A DNA stretch of 64,000 bases. It comes from Octopus bimaculoides (lineage: Eukaryota). A model generated the notes under the pieces. That model had not been told where the DNA came from and made no database searches. It saw nothing but the letters and a program-made list of their open reading frames with translations. Both the position numbers and the translations under genes were made by a program. The stretch spans positions 130,508,507-130,572,506 of the forward strand of contig NC_068982.1 in assembly GCF_001194135.2 (NCBI RefSeq), given 5' to 3'. Positions 26,930-40,765 of this stretch are shown piece by piece (position 1 is the stretch's first letter; each line of letters begins with the position of its first letter).

Positions 26930-27290
26930 CAACTAAGTTCTGTCTGCTGTCTTTAAAGTAGAAAGTGTTGTGTCGAAGACGGGTAGAAACATCATGATCT
27001 CGCCATTCATCAAAAGGCGAACCATTTTGCAAACAACCACGAGATATGTTGTCTACGAATATTTTGCATAGTTCAGCATTCAAGGTGTTTCATTCTAACT
27101 CATGAAATCACAGACCCAGATTAGACTTTCCTTTTGATATCAATTTTGCAGCTTGAATCTGGTGGCTGATGTGAGCACTATTCCAGACTTGTCGAAAGTC
27201 TTCTTTCCCGAGCCGAAGAGCCTACACTAACCAATTTCTCTACAGGTGTTGTTCATCATGGGTATCGGTATTTAGTCTTGGTGCCAGCGG
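26930..27290 (-). pseudogene. Decayed LINE RT fragment (CR1/Jockey-like, RT domains 3-4)
   Basis: Frameshifted reading G*CRL...KKTFDK-VW resembles GESRL.ALDISKAFD.VW. A later TTLFLL-like segment resembles PTLFLL.INDL. Confidence 0.4.
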
Positions 27291-28099
27291 TAGCAATTCA
27301 TTCATTCATTCATTCATTCATTCATTAACATACATACATACATATCTATATGAATATACGAGTGTATATACTTATGTTTGTATACGTATATATACAAATG
27401 TGAGTGCATATATATATATATATATATATAGATATGTATCTATATATCTATATATATATATATATATATAGAAAAAAAAAATATATATATATATATATGC
27501 CTATATGAATATATATATATATATGTATATATATATTTACACATACATATATGTATACGTACACATATAAAGAGGAAGCGATAGATAAATCATGATATAC
27601 TTGTTAATCTACATTATCTGACCGAAGATTAACGTATATGATAAGGTGTGAAAGAAAATTACCTTGATTAAAAAGTGTAAGAGAGAGAGAGGGGGTGGTG
27701 GAGAGCGATGCACAAGCAACGGGATAAAAATGTGAGATAGCATAGTAAATCATGTGAAACATAACCCGGTTCAATTATGATGTCAAATGATTCAAACTTC
27801 AAGATACCCGTGTCGGTCGGTAAAATATACAGTGACAAAAGCATCGCCATGTGATGGAAAAGAGTCCAGCTGTTGTACACATAGCTAGATTACTCTATTG
27901 CTGCAAATACTGTTCACTTGATTCGAAACCTTGCTAAGCATATGAACATTTAGCAAAGCTCACATACAAGTATTCATAGGTCTTTTCTTTCTTTCTTTCT
28001 TTCTTTCTGTCTCGTTTTTCGACTCCCATCTCTCTCACTCCCCACTCCTGTATAGATGACACCCCACCTTTACTTTTTCATATTCTGTGAACAGGTGCC

Positions 28100-28300
28100 A
28101 CATCTCGAAGACATATTTGAAGACGAACCTTTAGCAAACACAAAATGTTAAGACCTATAAAACATCCTGTAGTGAAGTCGGAGTGCAAACTAATCTCATT
28201 GAACAGCACTAAGACAGAAATGCTGCATATATCCAGAAAGAAAAAAAAGCTCTTCTTTTGAAGACCAACATATATCTCTAATGGTCCCACCAACATACAA
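28100..28300 (+). pseudogene. Decayed LINE RT fragment (C-terminal RT region)
   Basis: Translation SECKLISLNSTKTEMLHISRKK resembles the W...L.LN.SKT..L.ISRK motif of CR1/L2 RTs. Confidence 0.45.
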
Positions 28301-29194
28301 GAATTTCAGCCAGTTCGGATATGCGGCAAGAAGGATTACACTGTATATGTGATTAGTGAAGGATAAGAAGTTCTACAGAAAAGTATCTACAGAAGTCAGG
28401 CTTGATAATTAATATATTTAGAATGTTTTTGTTTGTGGAATGTTGTTAAATGCTAACTGCATGCATAAATACTCTCGTATATACGTTTCTGTGCACGTAG
28501 GTACATTTGAGTACATTCCCACATAGTCGTCCATTCATATATAAGAGCGTGAGAGTGTGTACGCGTGTATATGTGTACAAGTAAGTTTGTGCATATAATT
28601 GGTTGTAGTCGTAACGTGTCGGTACACAGAATATGAAAACATTCAGAAAGGGTAGGGGTGAAAACCAAAAAAACGAAAAACAAGTACCTCCTGGAGAAAT
28701 AACACAACCACAGCGTTTTCTGTTATCATATCTTATCAACCAACCAAAGAAAAGCAGAACTAAATTTAGTTGTTAAAAACATTGCTGGCAATGTGAAGAG
28801 AGTGTTGGAGATGTGTGTACAGTGGATCGAGAAGAAACGAAGACAAGAGTGTGAGGAAGGAGAATTATGCTGAACATTAGATCGCATATTGATGATTACC
28901 CTGTCGTTTCAATGTCGAGCAAGAGTAAGATGCGGGAGTGTAGTAATATGTAGCTAACAGAATTCTTTAAACAAAACTTATGTTATTCTAAAAATCCATC
29001 CAGCAAACTGCTACAAAAAAATTGCTGAGTTAGAACTAAATGCCAGCAGCGCCGTATTTTCTGAAATAATAATAATAAAAATAATGTTTACTAACACTGG
29101 CACGAGGCGATTAATTTTGAGGGAGAAATGTAGTTGATTTAATTGGTTCCTGGATATAACGAGTACGACTCCGAAAGGCAGTCTTAAGGATTTA

Positions 29195-29665
<471 letters not shown>

Positions 29666-30089
29666 AGCATATGAGTATGAAATCGTAAAATTTGCAGGGC
29701 TTGTTGTCGATTAGATCGACACTTGTATATGAGAATGTAAGGCGAATTTGACCTGATGAGTTTGGTTTTCATCTCTGAACGTAAAGCACTGTACCTTTAT
29801 ACCGCAAAGTATATCTGTTCACCGTTCTATGGTGTCTGAGTGACTGCTAGCCACCACAGAATGATGAATGACATGGGATGGACAGAATCGTTAGAGCTTT
29901 GATATTTAGTTGCAGTTCTACATGTTCTGAGTTGGAATCCTATGGAAATGAAAATTGTCGCTCAACCGCCTAAAGTCGATAAAATAAAACTATCAGTCAA
30001 ATACTGGTGAAAGGTGGTGGGGTCAACTTAATCGATTGTAACTTGCTTTAAGATTCTCGGCCGCGTTTCTATACTAGAAGAAATTTATA

Positions 30090-30190
30090 TGACTGACGAC
30101 GACGACGACGACGACGATGATGATGATGATGATGATAATGGTGGTGGTGGTGGTGACGACAACGACGATGATGAAGGCAATGATGATGGT
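30090..30190. repeat. Compound trinucleotide repeat (GAC)n(GAT)n(GGT)n
   Basis: Direct reading. Confidence 0.9.
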
Positions 30191-33149
30191 CGTTAGTTAT
30201 GCTTCTTTTATGAAAACACCGTAGAGTCAGAAGTAAATTTCCTGAAAGCCAAAACATTTGTGTAGCAGTTTCGATTTTCGATTCACTAAACGTACTTAAC
30301 TAAACGATTGAGAAATGTCTCTCATTTTTCTTTCTCACTTCAATATGAAGCGTGGTGATTGTGTATGAAATAGTAATTGCTTTTGCTATTGTATCTATTG
30401 TTGTTCTTGCTTGCTGCAATCGCCAAGATACGATTTCCCTGGGAAAAACAATGTCACGTCCTCGTATTTCCTTTTCTTTATAAAACACACGTTTTGTACC
30501 CGTATAAAAATAGTTTTTATTCACATTATTCTCCTTTTATACACACTATATTATTGTTTTGTTGTGTGTTGCTTTGTTGTTGTCGTATTTTCCGTCATTG
30601 TCTTTGTTGTCTTTTATGACGTCCTTGTCAGACGCTTGACACCATTAGAAATTGTGCACAAAGTCACGTGAGCCTAAACTTCTCGGGGCTTCCGATGTGA
30701 AACGAAGCTAAGCGACAACTTGATATATGAAAATAAACAAATAGATAAAATGACAAAAAATCTAGAAATAAAAAATGAAACTAAATGAGAGAGTATATTT
30801 ACGAATTCCGCTTGAGTGCCAGTTAGAAATTCGACCATACATACACAAACACACTCAAATATATATATATATATATATATGCATAAACACACGCGCAACC
30901 ACTTACATATATCAAGTGATGCTAATAAGTATACTCACTGAAAATAAATTCTAGAGGGAAAAAAAATCCAATGTCAGACCTAGTGTTGTCACAGCAACTT
31001 TAATTCATATGACAAACAACATGGAAATTATTTAGAAAAAATCTTGTAAAAATATCTCACATAATTATGTTCTAGATTTGTTTCAGACGAAATTTTACAA
31101 CCGCTTCCGAATTAAGCTTGAATCTTTACAATTAGGTACTTCCTTTGCTGAGACCACTGAAAAAATTGACGTCTTCATACGATAAATCAGTCTTGTGTAC
31201 ATATGACAGCATTTGAATTCAATCATTCAAGACAAATCAGAAGGCAGAAATTTTACGACGTTCCTATTCTTTAAGAAAGCAAACCATATCTCCTATATAG
31301 TCCCTTTAGAAAACTAGGTCGACTTACACTAACACTGAGTTGTAGCATTGGTGGAAATTAAATCGCCCACTCTGGCCAGGTACCGCGTGTCTCACAAGAA
31401 TCTTAGCTAAGTTGATCGCCAACAGACATAGTACTGGATTGAAAATTTCATGTTAAATCTTCTCATTACAGAGGGCACGGTGTTTTATTGGCGTAACCCC
31501 AAGTTTTTCAGTTATGCTTCCCCACGTCTTTCTGAAAAGCAACAACTTGCAGTGACTCCCTACAACACATTCCTGCGTAAATGATACCACCCTCGAGAGT
31601 CCCCCATAACTTCTTTTGCACACATACGTCTTCTGATGCTAATTCTTCATCGATTTCACCAACAGAACATCCTTTAAAGGAGACGTGATATTGTTTTCTC
31701 TATATACACCAATGCAATTGTCTTGTACCCCATCAATTTTACACATGTACAGCATATGAAAATACAAAGTAGCTATAAATCTCTATTGATTTCTTGCGTT
31801 TGTTTACCTAAACTACTTCGTAAAAATTAACGTTCTACTTTGAGACCAGAAAACGCATAAAAAGTTATAATAAAATCCACATTGGAGTTCTATTCATTTG
31901 TAACGTCCGCTAATGTATCCGAAATAACATTATTTGCTTGATAATCACTAACAAATACAATAAAAAGCATACTGTTTATTCTATTCTGTCCGTTTCTGAC
32001 AAAGCTATATCGGTCTCCAATCTTCTGAGTTAACTTTTAGCATTCGCTTTCCATCCTGGCTCACCTGACATGTTCGTTCTAACACTGCCGTTCAACTCCA
32101 TTTGATTTCACTTCTTGTACGTCATACAAGGTATTCCTTCCCAGAGTGCAACAATCTGAGAATTCTTGCTCCGCTTATATTTCCTTTCTGCAGGTTTCGT
32201 TTTTTAGGGTACAGAAATAGATGTTAGAAATAAGTACTCCAGTGTGGATTTTTGTTGACCTTTCTAAAGCTTCTGCAATGGATTAGGTTTGAGGTATTTC
32301 TTGGCTTTAAAAGAAGCCTGATATTTGCGATTAAGTTTTGGCAGTGTGTTTAAGTTTCGGTAGTTGATTAGCATTAGAAATTATCAGAAATTTACTGCGA
32401 CGTTGATGTGTTTATGTGTGTGTTATATCTCTGCAAAGACTTTATCCATCTTGGAAGTTTCCAAGGGTAAAGGGCACTTCCACACTCCACTACCCTTTTT
32501 GACTAACTTATAATTTATTTTACATATATGTGTGTGTGGGGAGGGGTATGTGAATGTTTGGGTGTATAGTGTTATAACGAAAATCATTTGCATTTGGATA
32601 AAGCACAAAATGACTTATTCACATGCAGATTACGTGAATTCTATTGACTGTACATTGAAAATTCAGCATTGTACAAGTGCTGGATGGCATAATAAAAAGA
32701 CATTCCAATTTCAATCTAAAGTTTACTACAAAATGATAGGTTTACAAACAATCCACTACGTTTCACTAACGAGTCTGTTTTACCTCTATTAATCTGGAGT
32801 CAACCATTGGTATGACTGAAAACTCAGTTACCTTTTAATGGGATACATGAAATTCTTTTTATTTATAATGGTTCGTCGATAATACATGTCATTTAATGGT
32901 AATTTGTTTCATCTGACATAACCATGGAATGAAGTCTACCAATCAAATTTAGATACATACAACTACAAGTAAGCTATCTGTCTTTCCATTATTCTCTTTC
33001 ACATACGCTTTATATAAATAAAAAAATAATTTAGTAATGCACATTATAAATATTTTTGGATGAGGTTTATGTAATGTAATGTGAAATATACTTTTTAATA
33101 AATATACCCTTTTCATCTCAATGTGAAATGCAAGACAGGTATATCTCAT

Positions 33150-33700
33150 CGTAAACAGAAAAAGTAGTATCGATCTGCATTATTTCTAGTCTTCTTACGC
33201 CTTCATCAGGAAAAGAATAATGGCAGATGATTATCTGGTATTCTTTCATTTTATGATATAAAAATGAAAGTGGAAACATTAACAATATTCGGCAATTTCT
33301 ATGTGTTGAATAGGCACCATTTTGTAAGTTTTTCCCCAAAAGATTTTGTGAAATTCCTATTATTTCATCAATGAAGAGTCTGTGCTTCATTCTCCAGTTT
33401 TTCAAACTTGTAATTCTTCAAGCTTGTAAGTCTTCAAGCGCACTAGACCCATTGATATTTTGCTATAATAATTTTCGTGAAATTTTGATTTCTTTTTTTG
33501 AAATCCACGCTTCAGACTACAGAGATTACGAAACAAAAAGGAAATGTTTTGTCAGAATTTGAATTTCTTAATACCGATTTGTTTCCAGTTATTTCCCTCC
33601 TTAATTTCGTAAACACAATATTGACGACTCTTCAGATATGTTGGCCGGATTCGCATAACCACTTTAGCGCTGGAAGTACATAGACACCAAGTGGACTCGG
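33150..33700 (-). pseudogene. Heavily decayed hAT (Charlie-like) transposase, C-terminal part
   Basis: Frameshifted pieces occur in the expected order: KYQWV (~33450), STDSSLMK (~33375), IFW...EIA and RILLMFPLSFLY (~33256-33293). They resemble the hAT dimerisation domain (FW...YP.L...A..ILL.FP.TYLCE). Confidence 0.45.
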
Positions 33701-34099
33701 TGGTAGCAAAAAGGTGGAACGAAACTGAGTGTTAAATACTTTTGGTGGTGTTCGCAGAATTCATTCTTTCTTGTTTCAGCTTGTGATTAGTTCTTCAATC
33801 ACTACCCAAATGATTTTCTCAATCAACCGAGTGTCCTCGTACCTCCTGCATCAAAGAGACTATACGCTTCCGGCTAGTATGCTTGAAGACTTGTCAGTAT
33901 TGTATATTAGCTATAGTCCTCGAAAAAGCGACGGTAGCATCTTGACCAGTTATGTGCAATAACCAGTAATATATTATTTGACGACATATAAGTGTGTGTA
34001 TGTGTGAATACATATATAAATTACACACATACACACACACATACTCATTTCAACCAGTCACCATAATTGACCGCTAAATCCACAAGTTTTTTTTAAATT

Positions 34100-34240
34100 C
34101 TGTCTGTTTATTTCCTCTGTTGAAGAGCGTAGGTTCGAAACATAAAAGACTTTCTCACCTTCCCGAGCGTCAAACTAATACACCTGCTTGTTGTTTATAC
34201 ACCTGTCTTCCTTTTTTGTTTTTCTGTAAATTTGAACTAT
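34100..34240 (+). mobile_element. Penelope-like terminal-repeat remnant with hammerhead-like core
   Basis: CTGTTGA-A-GAGC-GTAG-GTTC-GAAAC at 34117-34141. The family assignment is inference. Confidence 0.35.
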
Positions 34241-34252
34241 ATNNNNNNNNNN

Positions 34253-34290
<38 letters not shown>

Positions 34291-35569
34291 TATGAAATCA
34301 CATCCCTTCTCACAAAGTCAATACCGAGTTAAGCCTTGTCTAGCTCGGGTAAAATGATATACATAAAAAATGTTAATATACCTTCTACTGCTTCTTGGCC
34401 TCTGACATCATACCGGCTAAGTACTCCGATCAGCCATATCGTAACGACTAAACAGTATTTCCTGGTGAAAGAAAGAAGAAGAAAAATAAGTCTATTAGAT
34501 TAACAAGCACGCTTTTTTAATGTACGGATCAATCAAAGAAAGTGGAGGTGTATCTTTGACCTATAAGGCTTCTGATGTTGATAGATTAAAAGAGAAAATA
34601 AACCACGACTCAATGCCTGCTGCTGTCAATTACTTTGACCAGCTGTAGGTGACCTTACCCATAAAGAAGCAACTTTCTGAAGCTTTAAGTACGGGGTCAG
34701 GCCGCTGTAATATGTATTTATTTATTTATTCTATTTCTTATTTTCCATTGTAATTTGTCAATAACAGCACCGTTGGTTAAAAGTTCCCAACTGGTCAATC
34801 ATCGGTTCTTTGTAATTCTGGTGTCAAATGTGATGAGTATCTAACCCGATGAAAAGATTTGTTTTCTGTCACCCCGACGTTTATACTCTTCACTGATTCA
34901 CATTGGCGAAGGGTATGCGGACATACACACATACGTTATGCATGTGTGTGTGTATGTCTGTGTGTCTGTGTGTATGACAGACTGGACCTAGTATATGGCT
35001 ACCAAATTCCAATCATAAGTCATTGGATTGCTCAACCTAGAGCTGTGGTAAAAGACAGTTACCTAAAGTGCTGCGATGGGGGTAGCTAACCTTTAGCCAC
35101 GTGATTGTGAAGCGAACTTCTTTACTCTACAGTCATGTTAAGACAATCTGAGGTATGGCCAGCACACACTTTCACCAATACCTTCCCTATAAAAACAATA
35201 GTACTATGCAAAGAAAGACGTAATAGGAATCAATACATGAAGATATCGGATTATACTCATATTGGTAACTTGGTCAGACTGCTTACAACACAGTGAACTC
35301 TTATAAATACAATCGAGGGTAAGGGGATGATATTAAACCGAAAGACATTTTGGGCTTTTACTCATTTCGACTACACACACACAAGCACGCAACTAAAGGA
35401 AATGGTCTTTAATCATCGACACGATCATTTGAGGAAGGAAATATGATTTATCGTGAAGAAAGCGCTGCTTTTTCCATGTCTATTTGACTAGATTTTTTAT
35501 TTATTTATTGTTTAATCATTATCAGCAAAAAATAAACAATTGTGTAGATAAAAAATTATTACAGTAATG

Positions 35570-35820
35570 ACTGGTGCTCCATCGGTTACGACGACAAGGG
35601 TTCCAGTTGATCCGATCAACCGAATAGCAACGTGCAAGTGGCTGTGCACTCCACAGACACGTGTACCCTTAACGTCATTCTCGGGGAGATTTAACGTGAC
35701 ACTGAATGTGACAAGGCTGGCCCTTTGAAATACAAGTACAACTGAGAGCGCTGGAGCAACGTGATATAAAGTGCCTTGTCCAAAGACACAAAGTACCGAC
35801 AGAAATCGAACTCACAACAG
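35570..35820 (-). mobile_element. SINE family C (tRNA-derived, CORE-like centre)
   Basis: Plus strand reads GGAGCAACGTGATATAAAGTGCCTTGTCCAAAGACAC...AATCGAACTC, similar to 48240-48310. Confidence 0.75.
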
Positions 35821-36542
35821 TAACTAATGAGTGTATTCATTCATAAAATGTGTATGTAAGTGTGTAATAAATATATATAAATTACTTACAATACACACGT
35901 AATGTTTCTGTACATACGGGTATATCATTATATCATATCTAATATGATAACACTATAAATCATATATTTTTTCCAAGTTTTCATGTTACATTGTCTTGTG
36001 ACTGTTTATTCGCAAAAACGGGTTATTATAAATGACAAGAAAATGATAATTGCGGGTAGTTATATAGTTCGTGTTTTTCTCTTTCCCCATAGTTATTAAC
36101 ATTAAAAGAGATGTGATATAGGAATAATCTACGTTTAAAATATTGCAGAGGGAACGACAATAAAATTTTACACACGGTTTATTGCTATTTCTCTACATAA
36201 CACGACCTCACTCCGACTTAATTTTTGTATCTCAGTGGGTATTTATTACATTTGAAAGCAAATGACAATCACATTATATCGTGACACCGCAAAAACATTA
36301 CTTAAAAATCTTTCGTAGGTGTACAGCGCTCAGATAGCCCAGCCAGAATATCCCCACCCCTGCAATAAACCTTGTTGTATTTACTACGTCTCTTTATGTT
36401 CTGAGTTCAGATTCTGCTGGAATAAAATTCTCCCTTTACTCTTTAAGCACTTGTTAATCGATGGATTGGTATAATTAACATTATTTACTTTCTTCCAAAT
36501 TTATGTTAGAGAATAACGACAGAATTGTCAGAACCTTTACAC

Positions 36543-36940
36543 AAGTGATTCTCAGCCGGGGTCCATATGGTTCCTAAGGGTCCATATAAAATTTTGGGGG
36601 GGGNNNNNNNNNNNNNNNNNNNNNNNNNNNNNNNNNNNNNNTTGGGGGGGGGGGGGTACGCAACAAAATAATAAATTAGGGATCCAAATAGTATTTTAAG
36701 GGCCCCTGAAAAAGTATTGCTTCAGATGTATGTATTGGTATGTATTGCAAGAAACAGCTAGGGTTTTTCTAATATTTTACACAGTTCAACCTACACATGT
36801 TAATGTGTACAAAACAAACAAGGAATTTTGAAAGAAGTATCTATAAAACTAGTTTTTAAACATCGAATGGTTATGGGGGTTCACCAGAATAAAATAGTAA
36901 TCAAAAGGGTCCATAAATGAAAAATGGTTGAGAACCCTTG
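36543..36940. mobile_element. hAT-Charlie-type MITE containing a poly-G run and a gap
   Basis: Ends AAGTGATTCTCAGCC and GGTTGAGAACCCTTG are imperfect TIRs. The flanking 8-mers are CTTTACAC and CTTTAGAG. It shares GGGGTCC subterminal motifs with the MITE at 56785. Confidence 0.65.
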
Positions 36941-38868
36941 CTTTAGAGAAAATGTTTTTCAGTATTTGTTCCGGTACATTACATTCTGGATTCAATCAAG
37001 ATCAACTTCGTCTTTAACCCTGCCCGTGTCGATAAATAAACTAGCTGTCAAATATAATCAATTAACTACTCTGCCACCAAAATTTTTAACCTTGTGTTTA
37101 CATTTGAAATTATCATTCTTACATAAAATAATCGGTTAATAGCAGAATCGGAACCGCATCGCGCAAAATACCTTAACCTTCTGAGCGCCAATTGTGATTG
37201 GGCTAACTGTGCTTTTCTTCCGCATTGGAAAAAGGCTCAATAAAATAAGTGCCGGTTAGATAATGAGGTCTATTCAATCGACAACAAAACTAATCTTGAC
37301 ACCAAGATGCTTGTTACAATGCGACAATGGACGATTTGGTTATAAATGAGTTGTCTTTGATAATGATCATAGGTCCGTTCGATCAGAGTTGACTTGGGTT
37401 TAAACCACAACAAAAGCAATAACAATTTTCTAATAACTTAACCGTCACCTTAAAAACAAAGAAGTCATGACCCACAGATTGTTTGGGTGAGGCTGTCATG
37501 TCAATTACATCGAAATACTGAGGCTTATTGGTACTTATTCTATATCCCCGCCCCTGGAATAAGAAAAGAAAAGAGTTAACTGCAGCGAAGTTTGAAATAT
37601 GAAAATTAAATGCTCTTTTATAAAAAAAAAGAAACGTTCTGGATGGTGGAATCAGTAGAGCATCGGGAAAATGCATTCTGTGTTCAGTTATGTCCCGGGA
37701 AGCTCTAATTCCAAACCGCACAGTTGTTGACTTTATCTTTCTTTACTCTAGATTATACTCAATATAAAATGAATACCAGTAATACCCTAGGATTCGATTC
37801 AATTGGCTATACAACTCGTCTGCGCAATTTGGGAACATGTGCCCTATTTTTTATAATAAAAGGTGATGAGGGCGATGGTTTATAGAGGGTTGTTACTGCT
37901 TTTGTTATGATTTTACCTCGAACTATCACTAATTGAAAAGAGCCATGGTCAAAGACAGTCCGTCTACGACTCTCCCGTCTAGTTTTTTAGGTATTGGACT
38001 ACGTTTTCTATTTCTTTTTGCTTTTTGTTGGACGATAGTTTTCTTTGAATAAGACTTAACTGTTATTTCTAGTATGTTGGATGACTACGTAAAAGTACTC
38101 CCCGCCTCCATTGGCTCGTGTGTAGAAAGTAATATATTTATGAAGAGGTGTAGGGTGGAGATCGGTCCACCAGATAATTACTCCTGCTGCATAGACATAA
38201 AAATATCATCAGCTAATAATTATGTATAGCTAACATGCTCCGCAATGTACGTGCTTTATTCCGGGTTGACACAATTTGCGGCTTTGGTGCGTTTCTCGGT
38301 TAGATCTCTTTCACTTATTGCACTAGAGTACCCGTCATAGGAAAAAAGAACGTGAACTTCACAATTCCCGTAACCATGGATGAAAATTTGTTGAGTTTAA
38401 TCAGCTGAATATTTTATTTTACTTCTAATTTAATCAGAGAATAAGGGGAAGAAGAAGGACGCGGAGGTCGAGAAAGAGCGCCCATGACCTTAACGTCAAG
38501 GTCTCCGGCACTAGTGGGAGGAAAGGAGGTTATTATTCATCAGACCGAAGACCTGACACGAATGTTTGCAACAGAGTGGGCTGCGCTAAGACAGGAAGTG
38601 GTCAAGTGGTGATATTAAACTGTACAGTGGGTTAAATCTACCACTCAAAAGTGTGCGTTGTTATTTAGATCAGTGTCTGTCCATTGTTATTTTAGTGATA
38701 ATTGGTTGAAAAAGCTAACATCTCTCGTTCAGGGTAGATTCTTATACTTCTTCAAGCTTATCTTTATGTTTTTTTTAACCTACGTGTCTTAAACTATTAA
38801 AAGAATGACCGAAAGTCTGAATGAAGCACGAGCAACATCAAACACACAAACTTCGATGATCTACCGTT

Positions 38869-38900
<32 letters not shown>

Positions 38901-38903
<3 letters not shown>

Positions 38904-39563
38904 CCTTTCTAGTATAGGTACAAGGCCTGAAATTTTGGGGGATAAGAAAAGTCGACCCCCAGTACTTGATTGGTACTTAATTTATCGACACCGAAAGGAT
39001 TAACGGTAAAGACGACCTCGGCGTAATTTGAACTCACTACGTAGCGGCAGACGAAATACTGCTAAGCATTTCGCCCGGCGTGCAAACGCTTCTTTCGGCT
39101 CGCTGCTTCAATAATAATAATAATCCTTTCAACAATAGGTACAGGGCCTGACATTTTGGGTACTTATTTCATCGACTTTGAAGAGACGAAAGGCAAAATC
39201 GACCTCGGTGGAATTTGAACTCAGATAGTAAAAACGGACGAAATGTCGCTAAGCCAGTTCATCCTAGTAGTAGTAGTAGTAGTAGTAGTAGTAGCAGCAG
39301 CAGAAGCAGCAGCAGCAATAATAATAATTTTTCTAATTTTAGCACAAGGTCAGTGATTCGGGTTGTCGATTACATCAATTCCAGTACCTGACTGATACTT
39401 TATTTTATCAACCCACCAAAAATGATGAAAGGCAAAGTTGAGTCCGTCAGGATTTGAATTTGGAACGTAAAAAGCCGAAAGAAAAACCGCTAAGCATTTT
39501 CACTGACGCGCGAACGTCTGCCAGCTCAGCGCCTTGGATAAATAATGGTTCTGATTTTGGCAC
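38901..39563 (-). mobile_element. Chain of at least 4 head-to-tail SINE-A copies separated by (TAA)n/(TAG)n tails
   Basis: Copies at ~38901-39108, ~39122-39255 and ~39330-39535; a fourth tail starts at ~39545 and runs into the gap. Confidence 0.85.
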
Positions 39564-40204
39564 NNNNNNNNNNNNNNNNNNNNNNNNNNNNNNNNNNNNN
39601 NNNNNNNNNNNNNNNNNNNNNNNNNNNNNNNNNNNNNNNNNNNNNNNNNNNNNNNNNNNNNNNNNNNNNNNNNNNNNNNNNNNNNNNNNNNNNNNNNNNN
39701 NNNNNNNNNNNNNNNNNNNNNNNNNNNNNNNNNNNNNNNNNNNNNNNNNNNNNNNNNNNNNNNNNNNNNNNNNNNNNNNNNNNNNNNNNNNNNNNNNNNN
39801 NNNNNNNNNNNNNNNNNNNNNNNNNNNNNNNNNNNNNNNNNNNNNNNNNNNNNNNNNNNNNNNNNNNNNNNNNNNNNNNNNNNNNNNNNNNNNNNNNNNN
39901 NNNNNNNNNNNNNNNNNNNNNNNNNNNNNNNNNNNNNNNNNNNNNNNNNNNNNNNNNNNNNNNNNNNNNNNNNNNNNNNNNNNNNNNNNNNNNNNNNNNN
40001 NNNNTACTACTAATAATAATAATAATAATTATCATTATTATTATTAAGATGATGATGATGACTTTTGAGCTTAGGCACAAGTCTACACAGCTTCATCGCA
40101 TCAAATCGATTCAACAAACTATAACAATTAACTGATGGGAAGTAAAGTTAACTTCGGTGGTATTTAAATTTAGAACACAAAAGGGACTTGACCAAAAATT
40201 TATT

Positions 40205-40493
40205 GTTCTGTGTGGTAAGAAGTTTGCTTCCCAAATACATGGTTACAGTTTCAGTCCCGCTGCCTGGTACCATGGGTAAGTGTTTTTTACTATGGTCTCC
40301 GGCCGACCAAATCCTTGTGCGTGGATTTGGAAGTCGGAAACTGAAAGAAGCCCGTCGTTTTTGTTTGTGCTTGTCTCTCATCACCGCTTTATAACCGTGT
40401 TGGTGTGTTTTCGCCCGCGTAACTTAGCGGTTCGGTAAAACGATGACCCAAGATGGATGCAGTCAAATGATTGAAACAAGTGAAATATAAAAG

Positions 40494-40538
<45 letters not shown>

Positions 40539-40765
40539 TGCGTGTGTATGAGCGCACGTGTGTGTGTTTGCCCCCTCGCCGCCGCTTGACATCCGGTACT
40601 AGAATGTTTACGACTATGCAACTTAACGATTCGGCAAAAGAACCGATAGAATAAGTACAGGCTTTAAAAAATGTACTGGATTCAATTCATTCGACTAAAA
40701 TTTCTCAAGGCGGTGCTCCTGTATGGCCGCAGTCTAATGACTGAAACAACTAAAAGATAAAAACT
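40205..40765 (+). mobile_element. SINE-B followed by a second 3'-half SINE-B
   Basis: GTGTGGTAAGAAGTTTGCTTCCCAA...GGCCGACCAAATCCTTGTG...; a second TTTGCCCCCTCGCCGCCGCTTGAC...GACTGAAACAAC follows a (TG)n. Confidence 0.85.

Noticed and set aside
27152-27275. Apparent 19-nt exon plus 75-nt intron with a CTAAC branch point on the plus strand
   Set aside because: The segment is better explained as the antisense of a decayed LINE RT fragment.
27805-27885. YVYN...LYILPTDTG|GT on the minus strand, resembling the nAChR TM1 end (LP.DSG plus conserved intron)
   Set aside because: Spacing is one residue short, HH falls in the would-be TM helix, an in-frame stop lies just upstream with no acceptor, and no other Cys-loop exons were found.
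28690-28710. Possible 3-nt microexon (CTCCAG|GAG|GTACTT) on the minus strand
   Set aside because: The donor is weak, there is no upstream UGC enhancer and no host gene, so chance is likely.
30950-32300. Complex sequence with faint DDE-transposase-like peptides on the minus strand (e.g. LAKILVRHAV...FHQCYN)
   Set aside because: Motifs are too weak to name a family; it needs a translated HMM search.
38430-38640. GC-richer patch with short open frames and an upstream acceptor
   Set aside because: No recognisable protein motif, donor or LTR structure; probably old repeat debris.
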